Shown here one piece after another: positions 55,786 through 64,000 of a DNA stretch of 64,000 nucleotides (the first letter of the stretch is position 1; the number at the start of each line of letters is the position of its first letter). The DNA is from Dehalococcoidia bacterium (GTDB lineage: Bacteria > Chloroflexota > Dehalococcoidia > UBA6926). Position numbers and translations under genes: made by a program. The stretch is from NCBI GenBank assembly GCA_963666115.2, contig CAXXET010000004.1, forward strand, positions 472,712 through 536,711, written 5' to 3'. Below the pieces are notes generated by a model that saw nothing but the letters and a program-made list of their open reading frames with translations, made no database searches and was not told the DNA's origin.

Positions 55786-58209
55786 CTACCGCAAAACCCC
55801 CATCCTCTCCAACTCTCCCCGCCGTTCTACGGACAACCCCAGCACCGTGTCAAACACGTAATCGTTCTGTTGGCCCTTTGTTGGGCATGGCTGGCCCGCG
55901 TTGCCGGGGGTATCCGGGAGATTGACGTCGATGCCCTGGTGCTCCATCAGCCCTGCGTCCGCGTGATTGGCCTCCACGATAGCCGCCGGCCGACCTCGCA
56001 AGTGCGGATCAACGTAGAGCGTCTCGCCGTTGGCAACATATGTGGCCGGAACCCCGGCCTGCTGCAATATCCGCATCGCGACGCGCGGCGTGTACTGCTT
56101 CGTCCACTCGCCGATATTGGCGTCCAACTCTTCCTTGTTGGCGATGCGCGCCTTCATCGTGGCGAATCGATCATCGTTGGCCCATCCCGGGCTCCCCATC
56201 GCCCCGACAAGCGCCTGCCACTGCTCCTCTGTCTGAACCTCGATCGCGCACCATTCATCGAAGCCGATGCACGGATACACGTCGTGCGGCGCGTAGAACT
56301 CGCTGCGATTGCCTGCGGGCGGCGGGTTGTGGCCGTTGATCATATAGTCCATGTACGCGACGGTCAGCAGGTGCGCCCCGCCCTCCACCTGCGCAAGCTC
56401 GATATACTGCCCTTCGCCCGTGCGGTCGCGGTGCTCCAGCGCGGCGGCAACGGACAGCGCGCCAAAGATGCCCGCGATATAGTCCGGGAACGGCATCTTG
56501 ATGCGCGTGTCCATCGGCGCGTCCGGGTGCCCCCACAGGTTCGTGATGCCGGACACGCCCATGATCTGCTGCCCGTAGCAGAAATACGTGCTGAGCGGCC
56601 CCGTATTGCCCATCCCCGGCATCGCCAGCATGATGATGTCCGGCTTGACCTTGATCAGTTCGTCATAGCCCACGTTCTGCCGATCCATGACGGTCGGCCT
56701 GAAATTCTCGATGACCGCATCGCTCTTGGCGGCCAGCTCCCGGATCAACTGCTGGCCCTCCGGGGTCCGCATGTCGATGGTCGCGCTGATCTTGGCACGA
56801 TTCAGGTCCTGGAACGTCGTTTGGCCCGGAGCGCGGTTGTCGTCCAGGTCCTCCGACTCAATCTTGATGACCTCCGCGCCGAAGAAGCCGAGGAACATCG
56901 TCGCCAACGGCCCCGCGAACGCCCGCGTAAAGTCCACAACCCGGATCCCGTCTAGCGGCTTGACACTGACAGCTGCCTCTCCCCTTGGGAGAGAGCCATC
57001 CTGTCCGTCATTCCCGCGAAAGTGGGAATCCATGTCCCCCGCCCCCAACTCCGCCAGCACCTCATCCGTATGCTGCCCCAACAGCGGCGCAGTGCGGCTG
57101 GGCTGCCACGGCGTCTTGCTGAACTTGAGCGGCGGCCCCGCCGTCTTGTACGGCCCTATGACGGGATGCTCCATGTCGATGAAGAATTCGCGCTCTTTGG
57201 CATGGGCGCTGTCCGCAAATTCTCCGGGCGTCAGCACCGGCACGATGGGCATTCCGATGGCCTGCCCGCGCTCCGCGACATCATCCCTATCGACCGTTTC
57301 CATGTACTCCTGGACGAACTGGTCGATGACCTCGCGGTTCTCCTGCCGCACCTCTCGCTCCCACCACATCTCATCGGACAGCACGGGATGGTTGCCCATG
57401 AGTTCCGTCGCCATGCGCTCGAAGTGGTGGCGCATGTAGATGGACAGGTTCACGTAGCCGTCGTCGCGGGTGCGGAACGTGTTGACCGCGCCGAACGCTG
57501 AGTGGTGCCCCTCCCGCCGCGTGATCTGGTTGATATACGAATAGCGCGAGATGTAGCTGTGCTGCGCCCACAGACTGGCCTCCTGCTGTGAGACATCCAC
57601 GTGCTGGCCGTGGCCAATGACACGGCGTGCCCGGATTGCCAGCACCGCCCCGTATGCCGCGTGTATGCACGCCAACTGCGTGACCATCTCAAACGGGGCC
57701 ATGACCGGCGGACGGGTATCGTCGCCGTTCGCGAACATCATGCCCGCGCTCGCCTGCGCGATAAGATCACCGCCCTCATATCCGGCATGAGGCCCGTTCT
57801 GACCAAACGGCGTGATGGACACATAGACCAGATTCGGATTGGCCACTTTCAGATCGTCATAGCCAAGACCGATAGCCGCTAAGACACCCGGTTTAAAGTC
57901 CTCAACGAGGATGTCTGACCGCGCAGCCAGATTGGCGATAGCCTCTCGATCTGACTCCGTATTGATATCGAGCGTCACACCGCGCTTGGAACGGTTGGCA
58001 TGAATGAACCGAAGGCTGCGCTCAGGATGCTCGATATTTCCCGCGAACGGCGGCAGCATCCGAGCCGGATCGCCGTCCGGCGGCTCCACCTTGATAACGT
58101 CCGCGCCCATGTCCCCCAACGCCCGCGCGCAGTGCGCCGCCAGGTACGAGGTCAGGTCCAGAACGCGAAGGCCGGAGAGGGGGCCGGGATGATTGGCGCC
58201 GTTGCTCAT
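55786..58209 (-). CDS. Double-domain family III CoA-transferase (CaiB/BaiF)
   Basis: PLSGLRVLDLT...GADVIKVEPP and PLDGIRVVDFT...GAEVIKIE. Confidence 0.92.
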   Translation of the reverse strand: MSNGANHPGPLSGLRVLDLTSYLAAHCARALGDMGADVIKVEPPDGDPARMLPPFAGNIEHPERSLRFIHANRSKRGVTLDINTESDREAIANLAARSDILVEDFKPGVLAAIGLGYDDLKVANPNLVYVSITPFGQNGPHAGYEGGDLIAQASAGMMFANGDDTRPPVMAPFEMVTQLACIHAAYGAVLAIRARRVIGHGQHVDVSQQEASLWAQHSYISRYSYINQITRREGHHSAFGAVNTFRTRDDGYVNLSIYMRHHFERMATELMGNHPVLSDEMWWEREVRQENREVIDQFVQEYMETVDRDDVAERGQAIGMPIVPVLTPGEFADSAHAKEREFFIDMEHPVIGPYKTAGPPLKFSKTPWQPSRTAPLLGQHTDEVLAELGAGDMDSHFRGNDGQDGSLPRGEAAVSVKPLDGIRVVDFTRAFAGPLATMFLGFFGAEVIKIESEDLDDNRAPGQTTFQDLNRAKISATIDMRTPEGQQLIRELAAKSDAVIENFRPTVMDRQNVGYDELIKVKPDIIMLAMPGMGNTGPLSTYFCYGQQIMGVSGITNLWGHPDAPMDTRIKMPFPDYIAGIFGALSVAAALEHRDRTGEGQYIELAQVEGGAHLLTVAYMDYMINGHNPPPAGNRSEFYAPHDVYPCIGFDEWCAIEVQTEEQWQALVGAMGSPGWANDDRFATMKARIANKEELDANIGEWTKQYTPRVAMRILQQAGVPATYVANGETLYVDPHLRGRPAAIVEANHADAGLMEHQGIDVNLPDTPGNAGQPCPTKGQQNDYVFDTVLGLSVERRGELERMGVLR
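56977..57032. repeat. Two palindromic elements translated in-frame in the inter-domain linker
   Basis: CCGTCATTCCCGCGAAAGTGGGAATCCA (57005-32, encodes MDSHFRGNDG) and CTCTCCC-CTT-GGGAGAG (56977-93). Confidence 0.75.
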
Positions 58210-58220
58210 TCTCTCTCCAA

Positions 58221-58595
58221 TCAGTACATGATGAGTTCACGCGGGATGAGATTCTCCTCTTGCGGATCGACGGCTAGCCCAAACTCCTCAAGCGTGAGCG
58301 CGCCAAGCAGGTATGGGCCGTCATCAGCGCCAAACGCAACATACGTGATCTGGCTCTGGTCTCGTATGGTCAGCACCGCGTAGCCCCAATCCCGCTCGAT
58401 TCTGCTGCCATCGGCAATCAGGAACTGCCTCTTGCCAACCGGTTCAACGCCGACCTGGCGCAGCAGTGATTCAGGCAGCGTTGTCATAAACGCGCCGGTG
58501 TCCACAATGGCGTCAATATCCAGCGCCAGCTCACCACCCAGGCTCGCCAATCGAATTGGCCACGCGAACGTACTCACAAACCTCGTCCCTTCCAA
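58221..58595 (-). CDS. Retropepsin-like (clan AA) aspartic protease
   Basis: AIVDTGA, IADG, LLGALTLEEFGLAVDP. Confidence 0.82.
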   Translation of the reverse strand: MEGTRFVSTFAWPIRLASLGGELALDIDAIVDTGAFMTTLPESLLRQVGVEPVGKRQFLIADGSRIERDWGYAVLTIRDQSQITYVAFGADDGPYLLGALTLEEFGLAVDPQEENLIPRELIMY

Positions 58596-58636
58596 TGGGC
58601 GCGTCTCTCCCTCAACCCATTGTATGCTACCTGCTA

Positions 58637-58659
58637 GGCGGTTCGCGAACCGCCCCTAC
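58637..58659 (-). repeat. GTAG-type REP-like palindrome
   Basis: GTAGG-GGCGGTTCGCGAACCGCC on the minus strand; single copy in the window. Confidence 0.6.
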
Positions 58660-58686
58660 TACCCAGAGAGACTGTAGTCGGAAAAC

Positions 58687-58802
58687 AGCCCGCGCCGGTA
58701 TCCTCCAAGGCCCGAGCACAATGTTGCGTCAGGTACAAGGTCAAGTCCAACACGCGAAGGACGGAGAGGCGGGCCGGCATTGGTTGTCCTTGAGTCAGTC
58801 AT
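58687..58802 (-). pseudogene. Frameshifted remnant of a family III CoA-transferase 5' end
   Basis: MTDSRTTNAGP(+1)LSVLRVLDLTLYLTQHCARALEDTGA vs GPLSGLRVLDLTSYLAAHCARALGDMGA in the intact gene. Confidence 0.75.
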
Positions 58803-59272
58803 CACTTCGGCCAAACCGGATTCACCTTTCCATCTTTACATTCGAGTATTTCAACGCCGTCAGGTATCAAGTGCCTATGATTTTCAACATAGTACTCAGC
58901 CAAGGTCTTACCATCCCGCTTGTTGTTGCAAGCATGCAGTACGAACAGTACCTTGCGGAAGTCTTTGGGAGCCAAGTGGAAATAGTACATCGTCTCATTC
59001 CAGATGGTTATCTTGGCACTGGGGACATGTCCACTCTTTGTCCAAGTGTGCCGCTTGCATTCGACCAAAATCGGTGGCTCTACAGACCCCAGATCAAACT
59101 CCTTATCCTTACTCCCAGACAGCCCTATGGGTACTACAAATCCTCTCTGGAGGATAGTCTTCTTCTTCCTAAAGTATTCCTGCGCCTCTAGCTCGAACTC
59201 ACGTCCGGCGTGAGCATTGGAGGCCGAACCCCTCCTCTGAAAGTTATTGTTGTCATCCCTTGTTGTTGTCAT
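58802..59272 (-). CDS. Small PD-(D/E)xK nuclease-like protein
   Basis: GREFE, EFDLG, VECK; AT-richer than the flanks. Confidence 0.6.
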   Translation of the reverse strand: MTTTRDDNNNFQRRGSASNAHAGREFELEAQEYFRKKKTILQRGFVVPIGLSGSKDKEFDLGSVEPPILVECKRHTWTKSGHVPSAKITIWNETMYYFHLAPKDFRKVLFVLHACNNKRDGKTLAEYYVENHRHLIPDGVEILECKDGKVNPVWPK

Positions 59273-59293
59273 GGCAACACCTCAACAAAAACC

Positions 59294-59321
59294 GGGGCTC
59301 GCCGCCTAGGCGGCGAGCCCC
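59294..59321 (-). terminator. Intrinsic terminator after the enoyl-CoA hydratase gene
   Basis: Perfect 28-bp palindrome GGGGCTCGCCGCCTAGGCGGCGAGCCCC followed by GGTTTTTG on the minus strand. Confidence 0.75.
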
Positions 59322-59343
59322 ATCATATCCTCGTTCGCGTAGA

Positions 59344-60234
59344 CTACGGCGCCCGGCTTGGCCGCGCCATCTGCTCCTGGGCGACCTTGTCCTCCTCGAC
59401 GAAGCGGTCATTCATGTACTGGAACCCCGCGCGCATCCCCTGCTCCGCCGTCACGCGGTTCACGTCCTGCAGGCCGCGCGGCAGGTCCTCCGGGGACGAC
59501 GCGTAGGTGATGGACGTGTACATCGAGGCGAACTCCATCGCCTCGAACAGGCCCTGCCGGTCGTAGTAGTAGTTGATAGCCTTCTTGTTCAGCTTCGTGG
59601 ACGCGGGCGGCAGCTTGGAGATCGTATTCGCCAACTGCCACACGTGCTCATCCAGTTCGTCCGTCGGCACAACGTCGCTGACCAGACCGTGCCGCAGCGC
59701 GTCGTCCGCCGTGATCATGGAGCCTGTGAACGCCATCAGCTTGGCCTTCTTCATGCCGACCAGCTCCGGCCACACCATCGGCATCATCATGCTGGCGTAG
59801 CGCACGGGCGGATAGCCGAACAGTGCATTATCCGCCGCGATGGTGATGTCGCAGTGGCAGGCAAGCTGTCCGCCGCCGGCCAGCGTGAACGAATGCACCT
59901 GCGCGATGACAGGCTTGGGGTTGTTCCAGATGGCGCGGCGGTACATATTCGCCGGGCCGTCCTCCAGGACTGCATCCAGCGCCGGGCGGGGTCCGCCGCG
60001 GCCCGTCGTCTGGACGTTCATGTCGTAGCCTGCGGAGAAGCCGCGCCCCGCGCCCTTGATGACGATGCAGCGGACGTTGTCGTCCTCCGCCCCTTCGTTC
60101 AGGGCCAGCTCAAGCTCGGCGAGCAGTGGGCGGCTCAGCGCGTTCAGGCGTTCCGGCCTGTTCAGCGTGATATACGCGACCTGCCCCTCCGCCGCGTCCT
60201 TTGTCTCATAGATGATGTTCTCGTAATCAGCCAT
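59344..60234 (-). CDS. Enoyl-CoA hydratase/isomerase family protein
   Basis: ITLNRPERLNAL, FSAGYD, KPVIAQVH, AGG, FGYP. Confidence 0.9.
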   Translation of the reverse strand: MADYENIIYETKDAAEGQVAYITLNRPERLNALSRPLLAELELALNEGAEDDNVRCIVIKGAGRGFSAGYDMNVQTTGRGGPRPALDAVLEDGPANMYRRAIWNNPKPVIAQVHSFTLAGGGQLACHCDITIAADNALFGYPPVRYASMMMPMVWPELVGMKKAKLMAFTGSMITADDALRHGLVSDVVPTDELDEHVWQLANTISKLPPASTKLNKKAINYYYDRQGLFEAMEFASMYTSITYASSPEDLPRGLQDVNRVTAEQGMRAGFQYMNDRFVEEDKVAQEQMARPSRAP

Positions 60235-60333
60235 CGTCTTTCCCTCCCCACTGATTGCCACCGGACAACGCGAGTGTGGACGCGGCGCGGCGAACGTGTC
60301 AAGCATCGCGCCCTATACTAAGGGCAGACTGTC

Positions 60334-61056
60334 ATGCTCTTCTTTCTGTTTGACCTCTTTCGGCAGGATGTCGGCGCGGCCTTGCGTGTCGCCCCGTTCC
60401 TGATGACCGCGCTTGGCGTGGGGCTGCTCATCGCGCTCAGCGTCCACGAGTTCGGCCACGCCTGGGTCGCGAGCCGGCTCGGAGACCAGACGGCGCGGGA
60501 GATGGGGCGCGTCACGCTCAACCCCCTCAAGCACCTCGAGCCGGCGGGAACGTTCATGTTCCTCGTCGTCGGGTTCGGCTGGGGCAGGCCCGTGCCCGTC
60601 AACTCCGCGATGCTGCGCGGCGGGCGGCGCGATGTTGCCTACGTCAGCTTCGCCGGCCCCGCCTCCAACTTCCTCACCGCCGCCGCGTTCGGCCTCTTCA
60701 TGCGCCTCTACGGCGTCGACCCCTTCTCGCCTTCACTATTGGGGCAGTTTCTGACACTTGACCTGACGCTTTCGCTGTGGCTAAGGGTCGCCCTTACCCT
60801 GATTGTCTTCTACAATCTGATTCTCGGTTTGTTCAACCTGATCCCGCTTGCCCCGCTGGACGGCTCCCAGGTCGCGTTCGGACTCGCACCGCGCGAAATC
60901 GCGCGTCAACTGCTCAGATTCCAGCCCTACGCCCCCACCGTCCTCTTTGGAATAATTGGCATTGACCTTATCCTTGGAGTGGGGATCCTCAGCAGCATCC
61001 TGATCCCGCCCGTCCAACTGATTGGGCGGCTGCTGCTGGGACAGGACCTGCTGTAG
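60334..61056 (+). CDS. Site-2 protease (M50 family)
   Basis: HEFGH, AGPASN, FNLIPLAPLDG. Confidence 0.92.
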   Translation: MLFFLFDLFRQDVGAALRVAPFLMTALGVGLLIALSVHEFGHAWVASRLGDQTAREMGRVTLNPLKHLEPAGTFMFLVVGFGWGRPVPVNSAMLRGGRRDVAYVSFAGPASNFLTAAAFGLFMRLYGVDPFSPSLLGQFLTLDLTLSLWLRVALTLIVFYNLILGLFNLIPLAPLDGSQVAFGLAPREIARQLLRFQPYAPTVLFGIIGIDLILGVGILSSILIPPVQLIGRLLLGQDLL

Positions 61057-61077
61057 GACAGCACGAGGGAGAAGACT

Positions 61078-62070
61078 ATGGCCGCAGAACGGCATCGCAT
61101 AGCCATCATTGGATTGGGGCAGATCGGCGCGTCCATCGGCATGGACATGCGCGGGTCCTTCAAGGGCGTGGACATCATCGGCCATGACAAGGACCCGGAG
61201 ACCTCCGGCCTTGCCCGCAGGCGCGGCGCGGTGGATGAGGTCGCCTACACTCTCCCAGGCGCTGTTGAGGACGCCGCCATCGTCATCGTCGCCGTGCCCG
61301 TCACCGCCGTCCGCGAGGTGTTCACCGTCATCAGTCCCAATCTCTCCGACGGCGCAATTGTCACGGACACCGCCTCCACCAAGATGAACGTCCTCCAGTG
61401 GGCGGAGGAAATCCTGCCCCAGAGCGTCGAGTTCGTCGGCGGCCACCCCATGGCCGGCGTCGAAACACCCGGCATCGAGGGCGCGCAGTCCGGCATGTTC
61501 CAGGGCGCGACCTGGGCCGTCATCCCCCTGCCCCGCTCACAGCCCAAGTCTATCGACACCATCGTCAACCTCATCAAGACCCTGGGCGGCGAGCCGTACT
61601 TCGCCGACTCCGTGGAACACGACAGCCTCGTCGCCGCCATCAGCCACCTCCCCATTACCCTTTCCATCAACCTCATGCGGACCGCCGTCTCCTCCCCCAG
61701 TTGGCGCGAGATGGCCCGCATGGCCGCAGGCAGCTTCCGCGATGTCTCACGCCTTGCCTCCGGCTCAGTTGACATGCACCACGCCATCTTCGCCACCAAC
61801 AAGGATTTCGTGCTCCACTGGATCGATACCTACGTCGAGCAGCTGCAAGAACTGCGCGGCCTGGTCGATCAGGGCGGCGATGAGTTGAAAGAGGCGCTGC
61901 AGGAGGCGTACAACGCCCGTGACGCCTGGCTCCGCGGGCGCGTCGGCGAGACCGAGCAAGACCGCCTCTACGACGAGGTGCCGACCGCCAGCGAAAGCGC
62001 GCTCGGCGTGTTCGGCGGCGAACGCCTCGCCCGCATTGCGAGTCGGTTCCGCCGCGGCGGACGACGCTAG
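61078..62070 (+). CDS. tyrA: Prephenate dehydrogenase
   Basis: GLGQIG, DTASTK, GGHPMAG, HD...ISHLP, FRDVSRLA. Confidence 0.9.
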   Translation: MAAERHRIAIIGLGQIGASIGMDMRGSFKGVDIIGHDKDPETSGLARRRGAVDEVAYTLPGAVEDAAIVIVAVPVTAVREVFTVISPNLSDGAIVTDTASTKMNVLQWAEEILPQSVEFVGGHPMAGVETPGIEGAQSGMFQGATWAVIPLPRSQPKSIDTIVNLIKTLGGEPYFADSVEHDSLVAAISHLPITLSINLMRTAVSSPSWREMARMAAGSFRDVSRLASGSVDMHHAIFATNKDFVLHWIDTYVEQLQELRGLVDQGGDELKEALQEAYNARDAWLRGRVGETEQDRLYDEVPTASESALGVFGGERLARIASRFRRGGRR

Positions 62071-62079
62071 ATTCGCATT

Positions 62080-63384
62080 ATGGACACCGTTCGCCTCACC
62101 GCTCCGCCGCGCCTTGAACTCGATATCGAGTCGCCCGGCGACAAGTCCATCGGTCACCGTTCCCTCATCCTGAACGCTGCCGCCGCCGGCGAGGCCACTG
62201 TCACGCGATTCCCGCGCGGCGCGGACACGCTCGCCTCCCTGGCCATCGTTCGCGCCCTCGGCGTCCGCGTCCGCGAACTTGAACGCTCTGCGGACGGCCA
62301 CTCGGCTACGCTCCACGTCCGCTCAAACGGCGTGGCAGGCCTTGCGGAGCCTGATCGTGTCCTGAACGCCCGCAACAGCGGCACCACCATGCGCCTCATG
62401 CTCGGCCTCCTCGCCACCGCCCCCCTTACCGCCGTCATGACGGGCGACCGTTCCCTGCGCGGCAGGCCGATGGGGCGCGTCGTTGAGCCGCTCCGCATGA
62501 TGGGCGCGACTATCTGGGGACGACGCGACGGCGCGCTCGCCCCCCTCACCGTGCGCGGCGCCGATCTCACCGGCTTCACTTACGAGATGCCTGTCGCAAG
62601 CGCACAACTCAAGTCGTGCTTGCTCATCGCGGGACTCTCCGCATCCGGCACAACAACCGTCATCGAACCCGCTCCCTCCCGTGACCACACGGAGCGCATG
62701 GTGTCCGCCATGGGCGCGCGCATCCGCAGCGAGGGAAACACGATACAGATCGAACAGTCCGAAATGACCGCCACGGACGTCGTCGTTCCCGGCGACATCA
62801 GTTCCGCCGCCCCCTGGCTCGTCGCCGGTCTCGTCCATCCCAACGCGCGAATCACCATCCGCGCCGTCGGCATCAACCCCACCCGCACCGGCATCCTCGA
62901 CGTGCTGCGCGAGATGGATGCAACTATGACGATTTCCAACGAGCAGGAGGTGGGCGGCGAACCGATTGCGGACATTACCGTCGAATCAAGCGATCTCCGC
63001 CCCGTCGAGGTCGGCGGCGCGATCATTCCCCGCCTGATCGATGAACTCCCCGTCCTGACCGTCGCGGCGCTCCACGCCAACGGCGTCAGCCGGTTCCGCG
63101 ACGCCGCCGAACTGCGCGTCAAGGAATCCGACCGCATCGCCGCCACCGCCGGAGAGCTTGGAAAGATGGGCGGAAGCATTGAGGAAATGCCGGACGGAAT
63201 GGTAATCTATGGCGGCAGCAGACCGGTGGGGGCGGTCGTTCGCAGCCACGGTGACCACCGAGTGGCGATGACGGCAGCTATCGCGGCAATGGCGGCCCGG
63301 GGTGAAACGATTATCGAGGGGGCGGACGCGGTCGATGTCTCATACCCGGCGTTCTGGGAACAACTGGGCGCCGCCGTAACATGA
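62080..63384 (+). CDS. aroA: 3-phosphoshikimate 1-carboxyvinyltransferase
   Basis: PGDKSIGHR, NSGTTMRL, ASAQLKS, ELRVKESDRI, GDHR. Confidence 0.96.
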   Translation: MDTVRLTAPPRLELDIESPGDKSIGHRSLILNAAAAGEATVTRFPRGADTLASLAIVRALGVRVRELERSADGHSATLHVRSNGVAGLAEPDRVLNARNSGTTMRLMLGLLATAPLTAVMTGDRSLRGRPMGRVVEPLRMMGATIWGRRDGALAPLTVRGADLTGFTYEMPVASAQLKSCLLIAGLSASGTTTVIEPAPSRDHTERMVSAMGARIRSEGNTIQIEQSEMTATDVVVPGDISSAAPWLVAGLVHPNARITIRAVGINPTRTGILDVLREMDATMTISNEQEVGGEPIADITVESSDLRPVEVGGAIIPRLIDELPVLTVAALHANGVSRFRDAAELRVKESDRIAATAGELGKMGGSIEEMPDGMVIYGGSRPVGAVVRSHGDHRVAMTAAIAAMAARGETIIEGADAVDVSYPAFWEQLGAAVT

Positions 63385-63418
63385 TCGCGCCCTCCACGCT
63401 AGAGGGAACGGGGGAGAA

Positions 63419-63697
63419 GTGTTAGGCCCGGAAGTGCTCCATATCGGTTTCGGCAATCACGTCATCATGAACCGAATCATCGCGATAGTCTCACCGGGCT
63501 CCGCCCCAACGCGCCGGCTCATCCAGGAATCCCGCAGCCGCAACGCCGTCATTGACATGACCAACGGACGCCGCACCAAGGCCGTCCTCATCACGGACAG
63601 CGGACACGTCGTCCTCGCGCCCATCAACCCGGAAACCGTTGCCGGCCGCGTCTCCTCAAACAAGGGAGTCGCCCAAAATGGCGCCTACGAGGACTAA
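63419..63697 (+). CDS. remA: RemA/DUF370 family protein
   Basis: IGFGN, RIIAIVSP.SAP, IDMTNGRRTKAV. Confidence 0.88.
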   Translation: MLGPEVLHIGFGNHVIMNRIIAIVSPGSAPTRRLIQESRSRNAVIDMTNGRRTKAVLITDSGHVVLAPINPETVAGRVSSNKGVAQNGAYED

Positions 63698-63723
63698 CGT
63701 CCCACTGCCATTCAGACCGCAAC

Positions 63724-63751
63724 TGTCATTCTGAGCGCAGCGAAGAATCCA
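63724..63751. repeat. Variant palindromic element in the 5' region of gmk
   Basis: TGTCATTCTGAGCGCAGCGAAGAATCCA shares the GTCATTC...GAATCC ends with the other repeats. Confidence 0.65.
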
Positions 63752-63758
63752 GAGGCTG

Positions 63759-64000
63759 ATGCTAGTCCTCCGGTCCGGCCCATCCGCGTCCGGCAAGGAC
63801 GCCGTCGCAGATCGCATTCTTGGCGAACACCCTGACGATATTTCCCCCGCCATTACGGCGACGACCCGCCCGCCGCGGCCCGGCGAAATAGACGGCGTTC
63901 ACTATCACTTCATGACGCCCGAGGCGTTCGCGGCGCTGGAAGAGTCAGACCGGCTTCTTGAGTCGGCGACCGTGTACGGCTATCGATACGGCGTGCCGCG
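63759..64000 (+). CDS. gmk: Guanylate kinase, 5' part (runs off the window)
   Basis: MLVLRSGPSASGKD...TATTRPPRPGEIDGVHYHF...LESATVYGYRYG. Confidence 0.9.
   Translation, partial: MLVLRSGPSASGKDAVADRILGEHPDDISPAITATTRPPRPGEIDGVHYHFMTPEAFAALEESDRLLESATVYGYRYGVP

Noticed and set aside
63732-63734. Selenocysteine read-through of the gmk TGA
   Set aside because: The TGA lies inside a repeat element at a non-catalytic position with no expected Cys and no convincing SECIS

Overview
GC-rich bacterial chromosomal segment; gene content and order (tyrA-aroA-remA-gmk, guaB3, metH, double-domain family III CoA-transferase, RCC1-repeat lipoproteins) suggest Chloroflexota, probably Dehalococcoidia/SAR202-like (inference). 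The backbone is housekeeping: proVWX, aapJQMP, sufCSU, fumC, proBA, recF, greA, cobB, metH, ppsA, a Gld-like ABC operon, prmA, aroA and two tRNA-Ala genes. Compact accessory/defence-like modules without a visible integrase are interspersed. Main points: (1) a six-gene operon (acyl-carrier-like protein, XRE, ImmA/IrrE peptidase, divergent thymidylate-synthase-like protein, dTMP kinase fused to an aGPT-Pplase1/5-hmdU-kinase-like domain, second thymidylate synthase/dUMP hydroxymethylase) behind a sigma70-like promoter with operator palindromes, a candidate inducible thymidine-modification system; (2) a CoA-transferase alpha subunit with an in-frame UGA followed by a SECIS-like hairpin (candidate selenoprotein); (3) a DUF3800-like gene facing a ~50-nt hairpin RNA with its own promoter; (4) type I CBASS directly after tRNA-Ala(GGC), a CapRel-like gene, an ATPase+DUF4276-like pair splitting proBA, and a DUF433/PIN TA pair; (5) short palindromic repeats that flank a lipoprotein cassette, sit in-frame within a protein linker and interrupt the 5' end of gmk. 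All family assignments come from motif recognition by eye; no searches were run.
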